Assembly (NCBI RefSeq): GCF_000315625.1
Contig: NW_005434582.1
Span: 242,636 to 306,635 of the forward strand
Reading direction: 5' to 3'
Length of the DNA: 64,000 nt
Source of the DNA: Guillardia theta CCMP2712
Lineage: Eukaryota > Protista > Cryptophyta
The stretch's first letter is position 1. Every line of letters starts with the position of its first letter. The position numbers and the translations under genes are program-made. The notes under the pieces were generated by a model. That model was not told where the DNA came from, did no database searches, and was given only the letters and a program-made list of their open reading frames with translations. Below are positions 28,240-40,492 of this stretch, in pieces.

Positions 28240-31200
28240 TCATCCCTCCGGCTATTGTCGGGTTTTGAGCAAGAGGATGAGGATAAGCAGAAATATTTAC
28301 ATCTGTACACGCCTCCTCCTCCTCCTCCTCCTCCTCCTCCTCCTCCTCCTCCTCGCTCTGCCCAGCATCTTCATCTTGAGCTCGGCTTCGCTCTACCCCC
28401 GCGATGAGCAGCAGCTGGTTTTCTTGCTGAGCCTTCGCCTCCTCATCCCGTCGATCTTGAATCTCCTTCCTCCTTCTTGCGGAGAATGCCTTCACCTCCC
28501 TCGACCCTGCAGCTCCAGTTCAGTCAGCCAACGGAACGAGCAGAAGCAGCAGCAGCCGCACCTTCTCCTCTCAACGACCGTGTGCCCTGTCTATCCATGC
28601 CCTTCGTCGCCGTCCTGCTCCACCGTTACCATTCCTCCCTCTTCCTCCTCCTCCTCCCTCACCTGCTGCTGGTTGGACCGCTCCTCGGCCTCTCTCTTCG
28701 CTGCTGCACTGAAGGACCGCTCCTCTCCTCCTCCCTCCTCTCGCTCTCCCTCCTCTCGCTCTCCCTCCTCTCGCTCTCCCTCCTCGCTTCCCTCCTCTCT
28801 TTGCCCATGTTGCCATCGACGTCGCTTGTCCCTCCCGTCGTTCTCCCTTCTCTCTCCTCCATGCCCTCAGTCTTGTCCTCTTCCTCCCTGCTCGCTCGCT
28901 CCCTCTCACCCTCTCGCCTCCCTTCCTCGCTCCCTTCCCCTCGCTCCTCTCTCCTCTCGCTGTCAGGCCCCTGGGAGGCCGCGAGGGAGCGAGAGGCCTC
29001 GAGCTGTGCGAGAAGATCCGAAAGACTAACAGGCGCCGGCTGAACAAGCAGTCAGAGAGAGGGGAGGGGAGGGGAGGGGAGGGGAGGGGAGGGGAGGGGA
29101 GGGGGAGGGGAGGGAGGAGGGGAGGGGAGGGAGGAAGGGAGGGGAGGGAGGGGAGGGGAGGGGAAGGGGAGGGGAGGGGAGGGAGGGGAGGGGAGGGAGG
29201 GAGGAGGGAGGGAGGGAGGGAGGGGAGGGAGGGGAGGGGAGGGAGGAGGAGGGAGGGAGGGGAGGGGAGGGAGGGGAGGGAGGAGGGAGGGGANNNNNNN
29301 NNNNNNNNNNNNNNNNNNNNNNNNNNNNNNNNNNNNNNNNNNNNNNNNNNNNNNNNNNNNNNNNNNNNNNNNNNNNNNNNNNNNNNNNNNNNNNNNNNNN
29401 NNNNNNNNNNNNNNNNNNNNNNNNNNNNNNNNNNNNNNNNNNNNNNNNNNNNNNNNNNNNNNNNNNNNNNNNNNNNNNNNNNNNNNNNNNNNNNNNNNNN
29501 NNNNNNNNNNNNNNNNNNNNNNNNNNNNNNNNNNNNNNNNNNNNNNNNNNNNNNNNNNNNNNNNNNNNNNNNNNNNNNNNNNNNNNNNNNNNNNNNNNNN
29601 NNNNNNNNNNNNNNNNNNNNNNNNNNNNNNNNNNNNNNNNNNNNNNNNNNNNNNNNNNNNNNNNNNNNNNNNNNNNNNNNNNNNNNNNNNNNNNNNNNNN
29701 NNNNNNNNNNNNNNNNNNNNNNNNNNNNNNNNNNNNNNNNNNNNNNNNNNNNNNNNNNNNNNNNNNNNNNNNNNTATACACGCTCCTCTCAAACGTCTCC
29801 TCCCCGACGAGTTGTTTCAGCCTGTTTAGATTTTCAGCCTTGCTCTGCTGCTTCTGCTGCTGTTGCTCCTCCTCCTCCTCCTCCTCCCGCTCACCTCATG
29901 TCGATCTCCTCCAGTCTCTTTGAGTCCTCCTCCGTCACCGCGTATCCTTCCCCTGGCACTGTGTCCATCCCCCTACATGAAGATAAGGGAGGGAGGGAGG
30001 GAGGGAGGGAGGGAGGGAGAGGGAGGGAGGGAGGGAGAGGAGGAAGTAGGAGGAAAGGTAAGGGAGAAGTGACGGAGGAAGTGGAAGGGTGGGAGAGTGT
30101 TGGACGAGGACGAGGAGGGGGAAGATGGAGCAGACGTTTGCGTCGTCGAAGCGTGAGTCGAGGAGGAGCAGCTCCTGGAGTAGGGAAGGATGAGAGTCAA
30201 CCATGAACTGCATCCTCATACCACCCGCTTGTCTTGCTCCTCCGTCAGCCCCAACCTGCTCCCGTACTTGGCCGTCAACTTCTCCAGCTCTCCACCACCT
30301 CGTTCCCTGCTGCTCAGCGCTCTCTTGACGGCAGCAGCTGAGCTCCTCGGCCTCCCCTCCAGCTGAGTATCGCGAGAATCGGCCCGCACGTGCGCCCCCC
30401 TCTCGTCCTCCGACTTGGCGAGGATCCTCGCGGCACTTGCAGATGCTTCTCCCTGCCAACCCCGTTGACCGAGAGAGGAGGAGAGGAGGAGGGAGGGGAG
30501 GAGTTCACCTCTAGTCGGATCCTCCGACTGGCTCGGAGTTTATCACCGAGAAGTTTGTCGAGACGTCTCATCTGCTCGTCCAATCACCAGCCTCCTTCCT
30601 CCTTCCACCCTCACCTTCTCCCGTGCTTTGTTCACTTGCTCCTCCTCTTCGCTCTCTGCTATCGACGATGCAGCATGTTCCCCTGGTGATCGGCAAGGGA
30701 GAAGAGGAGGGTGAGCGAGAGCTGCTGGCAGGGGCCAGACGAACCTGAGCTGCCCAGTCCGTCCCCCCTTGCAGTTGCAAACCCTTCTTGGCTCTCGATG
30801 ACCTTCGCCTCCTCGTCCGCAAGTACCTGCCCGACCTCGTGAGCTCCTCCCCTGGTGCTCCTCCCCTGTCTCCTTCTCCTCCCTCCTCTCCTGCTCCCTC
30901 CTCGCTCTTCTCCTCCTCTCTCTCCCACATCTCTCTTCTCGTCTTCTCCTTCCCTCGTCTGTTCCCTCATCCTCCAGTCCTCCCTCCTCTCACCTCTGCA
31001 TAGTTGTCAGGGAAGGTCACAAGAGGCTCGTCCTCCTCCTCCAGCTTCTTTGAGTGCAAGTAGCTCACGTACTCTTCCAGCTCCCCGTGAATGCTCTCAA
31101 CCCTCGACCTCCTCACCTCCAGCTCCTCTTGCATGGCCTTGTTCTCCTCATACCTCTCCTCCCCCGCTGTCTCCTCCTCCTCCTCCTCCTCCTCCATCAA

Positions 31201-32273
31201 GTCTGCGTCTTGTGCCTGTGTCTTTCCCAGCTGTGTTCCCTCGTCTCCCCTGGGCTCCATCGCAGTTGTCTCCTCTCCAGTCTCCTCCACCCCCCGCTGC
31301 AAGATGATGTTCTGCACAGAGGCATCGAGCATGAGAGAAGCGCCAGCGATGCGGATGAGAGGGGGAGAGGAGGACACAGAGGATGTAACGACGAGAGGGA
31401 GGGAGGGAGCGGCGATACAACTGTGGCGGACGAGAGCCAGGTAGGAGAGGATAGGAGGAGGATCGTATCACCCGAAAGCGTCGACGGACTTCAGAGTCAA
31501 CAAACTCGATGTCGCCTGAAGAAAATTTCACCTCTTACAATCATATCATCCCCACCTTCACCGTCTTGATCCTCGTCCTCGTCCTCCTCGTCCTCCCTTG
31601 CCTTCTCCTCCTCCACACCATCCATTCTCCTGAACCTGCGAAAGGATAGTGATGTGTGGGTTTCCTCAGGAATCTGTGTCAGACCTTTGACTCGGCGACT
31701 CCTCCCCCTCTTCGTCCTCCGCGACTTCCTGCTCACCTCCTCCCTCCTCCCTCTCATCGGCCTCTTCCACTGCCTCGATCCTGACGTTTCCTCCCACTGC
31801 CTCTTCATGATCCTCCTCGGACTTGTCACCATTCGCTTCCTTCTGCACGATCTCCTCCATATCTGTTCCTGTGAGAAAGAAACCGCCCTCCTCCTCATCA
31901 TCATCATCCTTGAAGACATCGCGCGCGCCCCTTCCTGCCATGGCGCAGCGATATTCATCTGTCATCAGGTCAAACGTGACTTGGTGTAGATGTGCAGTGA
32001 AAGAGGAAGGAAGATCTCGGGGGGGGGAGGGAGGGGGGGGGGGTAAGGGACACGTTGATCGATAAGGAGGTGCATGCAGCTCTTTAAGTTCTTCGGAGAG
32101 GCAGCGAGGAAGCAGAAGAGAGGAGGGGGAGGGACAACCTGACATGTCCGCCACGGGTCGGGAGTTGCTACTTTCAGCATGCTCCAACTCTGTCTGGACT
32201 CCATCCTCAGCTTCTTTCATGTCTTTCAACACCAACTGCTCTGGATCCTCCATGACAGAGCACCCAGTCTCCA
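28240..32273 (-). CDS. Acidic coiled-coil protein, FSIP1-like, multi-exon
   Basis: Spliced segments QMRRLDKLLGDK, LTEEQDKRVELLL and VPGEGYAVTEEDSKRLEEIDMRLKQL follow the order of conserved FSIP1 blocks as recalled. Both ends are approximate. Confidence 0.55.
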
Positions 32274-33076
32274 TCCTCTCGTTCACGCGAGCATGTCGGA
32301 AGTTACCGCCTTGACTCGTTTACAAGTCCGAGTGGGCAGGACTTTCCCGAGAACGAGCAGTGCTCCTCTCTCTCTCTCTCTCTCTCTGCTCTCAATTCAT
32401 TTCATCTGTGACCCCAGCATCAGTCAGACATGTTGATCGAGCAAAGAACTTGTTGGTAAGATCGATGACAACTCACCTGCACTTCTAAAGCACTTCTGCA
32501 CATCATTCACCTTCCCAGGCTGTGGCATCGGTCTCATTCTTCATTGTGGATCTCTCTTCAGCACTTGTTCTACCAGCTCCTTTCTCATCTACTTGTCTTC
32601 TCTCCAATATCGTCACTGTCACACTCTTCCTCCAGCCTCCTCGACCCCTCCTTTCCTCTCCTTCCACATTCCTCCCGCCATCTTTGAACTTTCGTTTGGT
32701 AAGTTGGCACGGTGCTGCCCGTATTTCCAGCACCGTGTGTTCTACAAATTGTACCCCTTTGATCACCCCTTTTACCCCTTCATGACCAGATAAAAGTACC
32801 GGTATCATGCACACCCCTACCCACTGTCCCAACACCACGCCAAAAATCTTTGTTTTGGTCAGCAATGCGGTAGAGGACAGGAGCGCCATGCATCGTTCGC
32901 TTGCCCCCCTCCTCTTTTTCCAGCTCCAGCTCTTCACCTCGCTCTTCGATCTTGAGCAGAAAGCTGCGGCCATGGGGCTGGTGAGTGAATGCTTGTGCTG
33001 GGAGGTGGCCAACTAGTGTTCTTGCTAGGAGAGGAAAGGGTCAGAGTTGGCTGCAGGCCGGCAGTGCGTGACAAGG

Positions 33077-33904
33077 ATGGGGGACGAAGGAATGAGAACA
33101 GTGACGAAGAAAGTTTGTCCTCAGGGTAAGCTGTCCAGTGCCTTGAGTGCATACTTCCGGTCGTATGCCAAGGGGGCGGGTGCCGAGGATGTTCATGTCC
33201 CTGTGTTCCGAGCTCTGAAGCGCATACAGAACTTGGAGCAAGTGCTCTATCCTGGCTGTCACCGGCATATCACTCCGTCGCTCTTCTTTCCTCGTGTACA
33301 TTATGTGGACTGTGACGAGAAGGTGGGTGATATATACCGAGATGCAAAGGCGCTTGACTTCATAAACGACAACAAGGAGTATACCCAACAAACAGTAGTG
33401 TCATTCAGCCGAGGGGATTTCTTCTCTTCTTCGCCTGTTGTGGAGGAGGAATATTTCGACCTGGTGATCTCACTGAGCGCTGGGAATGTGTCAGAACCGT
33501 GCGGGAGATACCTCAAGGAAGGAGGATACCTGCTGGTCAACGAGGCCCACGGTGATGCGTATCGTGCGTACCTGGACCAACGTTTTGAGCTGGCGGCAGT
33601 TTATGATGAGGATTCCCAGCAGTTTGACACGAGCAGCGACGTTGTCAAGGAGTGCTTCCATACGCGAGGAGGAGAGGAGCTGACGAAAGCCATGTTTGAT
33701 GAGATCATGTTGAAACCCAAGTCGAGGCGGCCAAACAAGCTGAGATTTCAAAGAGACGCCATGTTCTACTTGTTTAGGATGAAAGGCGAGGGCAAGGCGA
33801 TCAAGCCAGACCATGTTCAACCATCTGAGCTTCAAGTGCCGTCAAGGATTCAGAAAAAACGTCGAACGGGAGTCCGAGGCTGTGAATGCAACAGTGTCAG
33901 TTAG
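33077..33904 (+). CDS. Intronless class I SAM-dependent methyltransferase-like protein of a bacterial-type uncharacterised family
   Basis: LYPGCHRHITPSLFFPRVHYVD, FDLVISLSAG and YLKEGGYLLVNEAHGDA motifs. Confidence 0.7.
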   Translation: MGDEGMRTVTKKVCPQGKLSSALSAYFRSYAKGAGAEDVHVPVFRALKRIQNLEQVLYPGCHRHITPSLFFPRVHYVDCDEKVGDIYRDAKALDFINDNKEYTQQTVVSFSRGDFFSSSPVVEEEYFDLVISLSAGNVSEPCGRYLKEGGYLLVNEAHGDAYRAYLDQRFELAAVYDEDSQQFDTSSDVVKECFHTRGGEELTKAMFDEIMLKPKSRRPNKLRFQRDAMFYLFRMKGEGKAIKPDHVQPSELQVPSRIQKKRRTGVRGCECNSVS

Positions 33905-34084
33905 ACGGTTAGTAATGCAACAGTGTCAGTTAGTTAGTCATGATGGCAACAGTGTCAGATAAACTACTGAACTGACACTGTCACCAAACCTCGGATCTTG
34001 ATCACTGATGTCAATCATGTTGCCACTGACCCACGTGTGACCGCAGTACTAAGGTAGATCTGCTCTTAGTGTTCACTCTCTCTC

Positions 34085-34700
34085 TCGAGTCGGACTCCGG
34101 GAGATCATTCCGGGCTGGCCGCCCGGCAAAGTTCCGAAGTCGCCCTTCAAGCCTTCGGAGTCCGCTCGACTGAGTCGAGTCGGCCCGGCCGGACAAGTTG
34201 AACTGGGGCTCCGGGGTGGTTCATATACAGTACCGTGAGTCACTGTCACATGATCGGATGAACCCCTTCCTGGCAAAGGAGAAAAAAAAGACCAATTTTG
34301 CTAGAGCTTGCATATGACCTTCAATGGCAGGCTTGTGAACGGCATGCTAGCCGCTTGATCCATTTACTCAAAGTTAAGTTAAAAATCAGTACGAGGACAC
34401 TCGGGCCCTCAGGACTGGGAGAGTCGACCGTACTGAGGAGGCTTGACCCCAGGCCCTGACACTGTACGGTCGGCGCCGCCGCGGCACTGAGCGGCCAAAC
34501 GGCGAGAGGCTTGAAGAGAAAAGACAGCCGCCGGAGAACCAAACCCAATCCTGCCAACTGCTGTCCCCCAAACTTAACTCAGTGATGCCTTCCCGGTACT
34601 GACCGTACGGCAGTGAGGCAAGGAGTCCGGCCCGGCACGGTTCCGGGCCGCGGAGCCCGGCCGCCGCGCCGCCCCCGCCGCGGCCAGTCACTGAGTCTTG
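34085..34700. other. GC-rich palindromic-word intergenic island 4
   Basis: gagtcggactccgg, tgagtcgagtcggcccggccgg, TGAGTCA at 34236 and cagtcactgagtc. Confidence 0.6.
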
Positions 34701-34735
34701 ATCATCATGATGATGGGAGATATCAGGTATAAATA

Positions 34736-34858
34736 TGATATAAATGAGCTAAAATAGTACCAGGTGTTTGATATAAATGAGCTAAAATAGTACCAGGTGT
34801 TTGATATAAATGAGCTAAAATAGTACGAGGTGTTTGATATAAATGAGCTAAAATAGTA
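34736..34858. repeat. 33-bp AT-rich minisatellite, about 3.7 copies (TGATATAAATGAGCTAAAATAGTACCAGGTGTT)
   Basis: Head-to-tail copies at 34736, 34769, 34802 and a partial copy at 34835, with no spacers. Confidence 0.95.
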
Positions 34859-35252
34859 TATGATATTTGAAGACGTTGCAATAGTCCGTAGCAACATTTG
34901 AAATAAGTATATAAATTCACTGGGTTTAGTACCAGAAATCGAAATCGACTATAATGATTTTTATCATGACTGAAAGTTCCGGCAGAAGTTTTTGACGGCT
35001 GAGTAAACATGCGGCTGAGTGTAGCAAGAGAACTCTGGCGAGAGGAGGAGGAGGCGCCGGAGGAGGAGAGAAGAGGAGGAGAGAAGAGGTTGAGAAATAA
35101 CTGCAGGAGATGAAGAGAGAGGAGTGGAGGGGGGACGTCGGCGCAGTGAGAGNNNNNNNNNNNNNNNNNNNNNNNNNNNNNNNNNNNNNNNNNNNNNNNN
35201 NNNNNNNNNNNNNNNNNNNNNNNNNNNNNNNNNNNNNNNNNNNNNNNNNNNN

Positions 35253-35298
<46 letters not shown>

Positions 35299-35552
35299 CG
35301 CGAGGGGGAGCGTGAGCGAGTGTGCGGGGGGCGGGGGGCGGGGGTGGCAGGGAAGTCCAGAAGCGAATGGGGGAGGAACGGCAGGGGAAAAAAAGGAGAG
35401 AAAAGAAGAAAAGAAGAAAATTCATGCTGAGGATCAAACAGAGGAGGGGAGGAGAGGAAATTGCGTTGGAAATCTGAGATCTGTGTTGCTCTGTCGCAGT
35501 TGGGTCCAACAGTCGCAGAGGAGGAGTGATAAGCATCACAGCAGTGAGGAGG

Positions 35553-38517
35553 ATGGCGGCGATCGTGTTGAACCGACATCGGAATGCAACAGCGAGGAGG
35601 GAGGATGACGATCTCATCAATCCTCTCCCTCCCAAGTCAGATCGGTTGTTTGAGGTCATCGCGGAGAAAGAGGTTTCATACGGGTGAGTGGGAAAGAGGA
35701 GGAGGAGGAGGAGAGGGAGGATGTGAGAAGGAGATGAAGAGGGGTGACAGTGACGAGCTTTCTGCACAGGGGCAATCCTGTTTGGCGAGAGGTTCTGTGC
35801 GTGGGAACGGCGGAGCTCCTGATCCTCGCGAGGCCGCACGGGGAGCATGAGATTGATCGGATTCCTTTACATGAGATCGCAGACGTGGTAAGCAACTCAA
35901 AGGACAAGGGGGAGATCAAGGCAGGAGAACGGCCGGTGCTCTCCTCCCTCACTTCCTTGCGCACCAACAACTTGCAAGAGCTGGAGTTGGCTCAGGGAGA
36001 GGGCGGGCAGATGCGAGAGAAGTCCGCGATGCTGGATATCAAGACTGTGCCCGAGGGATACAACTCGGGGAGAAAGGTGAGAGGAGGAAACGTTGCTTGG
36101 AGAAAGGCGAGGAGGAGAAAAAGGACAAGGACAAGGACAAGGACAAGGACAAGGACAAGGACAAGGACGAGGACGAGGACGAGGACGAGGAGAAGGGAGA
36201 AGGAGGAGGAGGAGGAGGAGGAGGAGGAGGAGGAAGGGGTGGGGAGGAGGAGGAGTGTAACAGTTTTCTCAGTATCGCTTCCGAATGGAGGATGAGATCA
36301 AGTGCCAGCAGCTCGTGCAGAAATTGAAGGGAGTAGTGAGCAAGGCCAAGGAGTTAGAGGAGAGGAGAGGGAGGACCTGGTGGCATCAGAAGGTCAAGAC
36401 AGGAGCGAAGAGGCTGGCGAACAACAAGACGTTCCAGCTGCTCTTCGCTTTCGTCATCCTCCTCAGCTTCATCCTCGCCGTCGCTGCCGCTGAGCTCAAC
36501 CCGGAGCCCGGCAGCATCCTTAACATCTTCTTCACCGCCATGGACCTCGTCTTCACAGTCCTCTTCACCGCCGAGCTCCTCGTCTCCCTCGCCGCCTTCC
36601 TCTTCTCCGAATTCTTCCAAGACCCCTGGCACGTCTTCGACCTCCTCGTCGTTATTGGCAGCTGGTTCGGCACCTTCGCTGACAGCGTCCCTGCTCTCTA
36701 TCCCCTCCGCATCATCCGCATCCTCAGGGCCGTCAAGGTACTCAAGTCCTTCCGCTCCCTCCGCGCCATCGTAGAAGCCACCATCGCCTCCACCATCCCA
36801 GTTGCCAACAGCTTCCTCCTCCTAGGACTCGTCACCTGCATCTACGGTGGTCCCTCCTTCTCCTCCCTCCCTCCCTCCCTCCCTCCCTCCCTCCCTCGCC
36901 ATTGGCTGCCTGACCTGAGCATATTCAGCTACGCTAGCGGTGAATCTCTTCGGCCCTGTTGACGACCAGCACTTCGGCAAGTTCTCATCTGCCCTTTTCA
37001 CCATGTTCCAGGTAGTCGCCGACCTCCTCCTCCTCCTCCTCCTCCTCCTCCTACACCTCTTACACCTCTTGCATATCCTCCTCTCCTCGTTCTCCTTGCC
37101 TCCTGCTCCTCCTCCTGCATATCCCGCTGCCTCTCCTGCCACTTTTCTCATCCTCATGGCTCGCTTCTCCCAGGTCTGCACGGGAGACTCTTGGGCTGAA
37201 TCCATCGCTCGTCCTCTCCTTTCGCACCAGCGCGCGGTCGTCGCTGTTTTCTTCGTCTCCTACATCGTTCTCTCGAGTATTGTCCTCATCAACATCGTCG
37301 TAGCCGTCCTCCTCGACGAATTTCTCACCACCATGACAAACGTCAGTCCCCGCGAATTCTTTCCCTCCTGATCCTCTTCCTTCTCCTTCTCCTCCTTCTC
37401 TTCCTTCTCCTACTCCTCCTTGTCCTCCTCCTTGTCCTCCTCCTTGTCCTCTTTTCCTTCTCTTCCACCTCCTCCCCTCCCTATCTCACCTTCTCTCCCT
37501 CTCCTCCCCCCTTCCTTCTCTCTTCTCTCTCCTCGTCGACTTCCCTTCCCTCGCAACCTCCCCAATTTCGCGTGACGCCTGCGGCAGGTACGGGAGGCCG
37601 ATGCCAGGAAGGAGGCCGAGCATTCTCCTCTCTACGAGACTCACTTCCTCGATCCTCTTTGCGAGTTTCTGTCTGACTTTCGTTCCTCCGAGCACCTTCG
37701 CTCCATCATCGCCGCCCTCTACAACCGCCTGGACCGCGACATGTCAGGCGCCATCACCTTCAAGGAGATGCAGGATGGTCTCGCCCTCCTCCTCCGCGGC
37801 CTCTACTTCACGCAAGAGGACTGGGAGGAGCTGACGAGGCGGCACGGGAAGGAGGAGGAGGAGGAGATCAACCTGCAGGAGTTCGAGAGCCTCATGCTCG
37901 AGCAGCTCGAGCTCTTCGCCCTCCGCAACCTCAACCGCGCGCAGCTCAACAGCGAGAGCTACAAGCAGGCGACCCTCTCCGTCCTCAAGTGGATCCTCGC
38001 AAGAGACAAGATCGCCCCTGCTCCTCCTTCCTCCTCCTGCCCCACTCCCGACGTCCTCCACCTCCTGCAGGACATCTCTAGTCGGATGGAGCGCATGGAA
38101 GCAGCTCTAGGGATCGCCGGGGGGAGGAGGGAAGAGAAGATCAAGGAGAACGGTGAGAGCAGAAGGTTTGAGAACAGGCGAAGTTCCACCGGCGAGGAGG
38201 CGAGGAAGGAAGAGAAGCTGAAAGTGACTCCCCACAGCTCTCCTCCAGCAGCTCCTCCAGCAACACGTCTATCCGATCGAGCAAGAGAAGAGAAACAACG
38301 TCAAGCGCAGCAAAGGATTGAAGCAGCTCCTCTGCTCCTGTCCAATAGCAGAAGCATCGAATTGTCTACTATCCAGTTACAAGGTGGAGGCAGAGGAGGA
38401 GGAGGAGGAGGAGGAGGAGGAGGAGGAGCAGGAGCAGGAGGAGCAGGAGGTGATGGTGGAGCAGGAGGAGGTGAGAGGGCGGGTCAGCGATGGCAAGACA
38501 GACATTTCGATGTGTAA
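35553..38517 (+). CDS. Single-domain (6TM) voltage-gated Ca2+/Na+ channel-like protein with a C-terminal EF-hand and a possible N-terminal PH-like domain
   Basis: S2 FTVLFTAELLV, S3 DPWHVFDLLVV, S4 LRIIRILRAVKVLKSFRSLR, pore FTMFQ|VCTGDSWAESIARP, S6 VLINIVVAVLLDEF and EF loop DRDMSGAITFKE. Confidence 0.88.
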
Positions 38518-38658
38518 GAGTGTCAGGCATACTCAAGTCGCACGCAGAAAGCGATTGGCAGTGATGATATTGTGGAAAATACAGGGGAACACAAACTCAG
38601 TCTTCTCCTTCCTCCTCCTTCTTCCTGAGCTTGCGAGATAAGCTGGCTGGTTGAGAGC

Positions 38659-39796
38659 TTATGCGTTCTTTGCAGCCTTACGATCCGCCCTACGCGTTCA
38701 ACAATCAGACCACGTCCTGAACCACCACAACCACCACCACCACCACCTCCTCCTCCTCCCTTTTCATCGCACCTGTTAGTAGCATGGAAGCCTTTCTCCA
38801 CGTTCTGCACAGACATTCTCGCCTGCTCACTCGTCAGTCTCCCGCTCTCCTCCTCCTGCATCTGATGCCCCTCTCCATCCCTTCCCTTCTGCCTCCTCCT
38901 CCTCCCCCTCTTACCCCACAGCGGTTGCACTCGAGGAACGTCAGACGTGTCATGCTGTCCTTCACGAGCCTGCCATAAATGTCACTTTAATCCCTCCCCA
39001 CCTCCTCGCTCTCTTCTCTCTTACTGGGAGTCGTAGTTCTTGCACATCTGGCACTGCACGTAGGCAAGCATGTACTTCCTGACTACCGACTCGATCTGCT
39101 TGGGCGTGAAGCGACCCTTGAAGGTCAGCTTGCCTTCGGGGTCAAGCGAGCAGGGCACGCCCAACTCAGCGTTGAAGTAGGACATGACATGCTCCATGGT
39201 CCTGTGCATCTTCTTTGCCATCTCCTTGAAGTTGACAAATACAGTCTTCTTCGAGCCTTCACGAGCCACCTGAACACGCCCCGTCATCTGCCCATCTCCC
39301 TCCCCTCCTATCCCTCTTTCAAGCTCCCCTCCCCGTCTGCGTCTCCTCCCTCCCTCCCTCCCTCCCTCCCTCCCTCCCTCCCTCCCTCCTCTGCGCTATT
39401 CTTCATACCTGAGGAGGGATCATGGTGAATTTCTTTCCGCCCATCAGCTCGGGGTTCTTCTCTGAGATGGCGTCGTACACTCGCTGAAGGATCTCGGCAT
39501 AGGGGTAGATGTCGTTGGGGCCCTTGTCCTTGGGGTCCGAGACTGACCCACGGGTTCAGACAGGTAAACAGAACCACGGGAGGTAGGAAAAGATGAAGAG
39601 GAGGGAGGGAGGGAGGGAGGGAGGGAGGGAGGGAGTGGGGGAGGGAGGGAGGGGAGGGAGGGAGGGAGGGAGGATGCAGTGTTTTCCCCACCAGCGCCAC
39701 TCTTCGCTCCATCTTCCTCATCATCCTTAGGCTTCTTGGTCTTCTTCTTCTTCTTGTCCATGCCGAGGTCGAGATCCTCCACGTCATCGGTTACCT
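38659..39796 (-). CDS. EIF2S2: Translation initiation factor 2 subunit beta; first exon lost in the N-gap
   Basis: Poly-lysine box DKKKKKTKK, YPYAEILQRVY, KKTVFVNF, KGRFTPKQIESVVRKY, zinc finger CQMC...CNRC and ending GFHATNR|ADRKAAKNA*. Confidence 0.92.
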
Positions 39797-40064
39797 GCAG
39801 CCACCAAATTCAAAATCTTGCAGCAGGAGTTGCCTTGCTCTCCTAGCAGCGCTACCCACNNNNNNNNNNNNNNNNNNNNNNNNNNNNNNNNNNNNNNNNN
39901 NNNNNNNNNNNNNNNNNNNNNNNNNNNNNNNNNNNNNNNNNNNNNNNNNNNNNNNNNNNTATTCCCCTTCGTCGCTGATATGGATCTTTGTATCATTTTG
40001 GAGTCTTCTCTTGCTGCTTTACCTGCATCAATCTTGATGATTCATGAATGATGGAATTTTGCAG

Positions 40065-40492
40065 CTCATGGACTACGATCTGAGGCATTTCTTGCGCAAT
40101 CAAGGCAAAGATGCCAACCTGATCAAACGACTTGATATAGCTCTCGGAGCCATGAATGGCCTTCTGTACTTACATTCCCAGGTAACTGATATGGTCACTG
40201 TGAATATGCTGTCATTGAAACATGTCGGCGGCAGAACCCTCCAGTAGTACACAGAGATGTCAAACCAGAAAATCTTCTGTTGTGTCAGGACGATGAGATC
40301 GTCAAGGTACGTAGTCAAGATGTGGTCGGCGCTCAACTCATTGTGGTCGCTGATTCTTCTTGTGCTTCCTCAGGTTTGCGACTTTGGTTTGGCAAGGGAC
40401 AAGCAAGGAGCGTATCTTCAGACAATTCACCAAGGGGGGACCTTGAATTACATCGCTCCCGAGGTCCATAGAGGAGCGGATGTAGACGAGAG
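40065..40492 (+). pseudogene. Partial TKL-type protein kinase (subdomains V-VIII only)
   Basis: Spliced LMDYDL...RLDIALGAMNGLLYLHSQ|NPPVVHRDVKPENLL...VK|VCDFGLARDK...GTLNYIAPE. The 5' part would be in the gap, and no subdomain IX-XI exon was found downstream. Confidence 0.5.

Noticed and set aside
28169-28240. Antisense CDS overlap between the SET and FSIP1-like genes
   Set aside because: A 49-nt GTAAAT...TAG intron gives a stop at 28240 and removes the overlap.
32503-33012. 169-aa minus-strand ORF
   Set aside because: No recognisable motifs, and it spans an ACCCC tract in a divergent promoter region. A small gene cannot be excluded.
34736-34858. CRISPR array
   Set aside because: The 33-bp units are contiguous with no unique spacers, there are no cas genes, and the context is eukaryotic.
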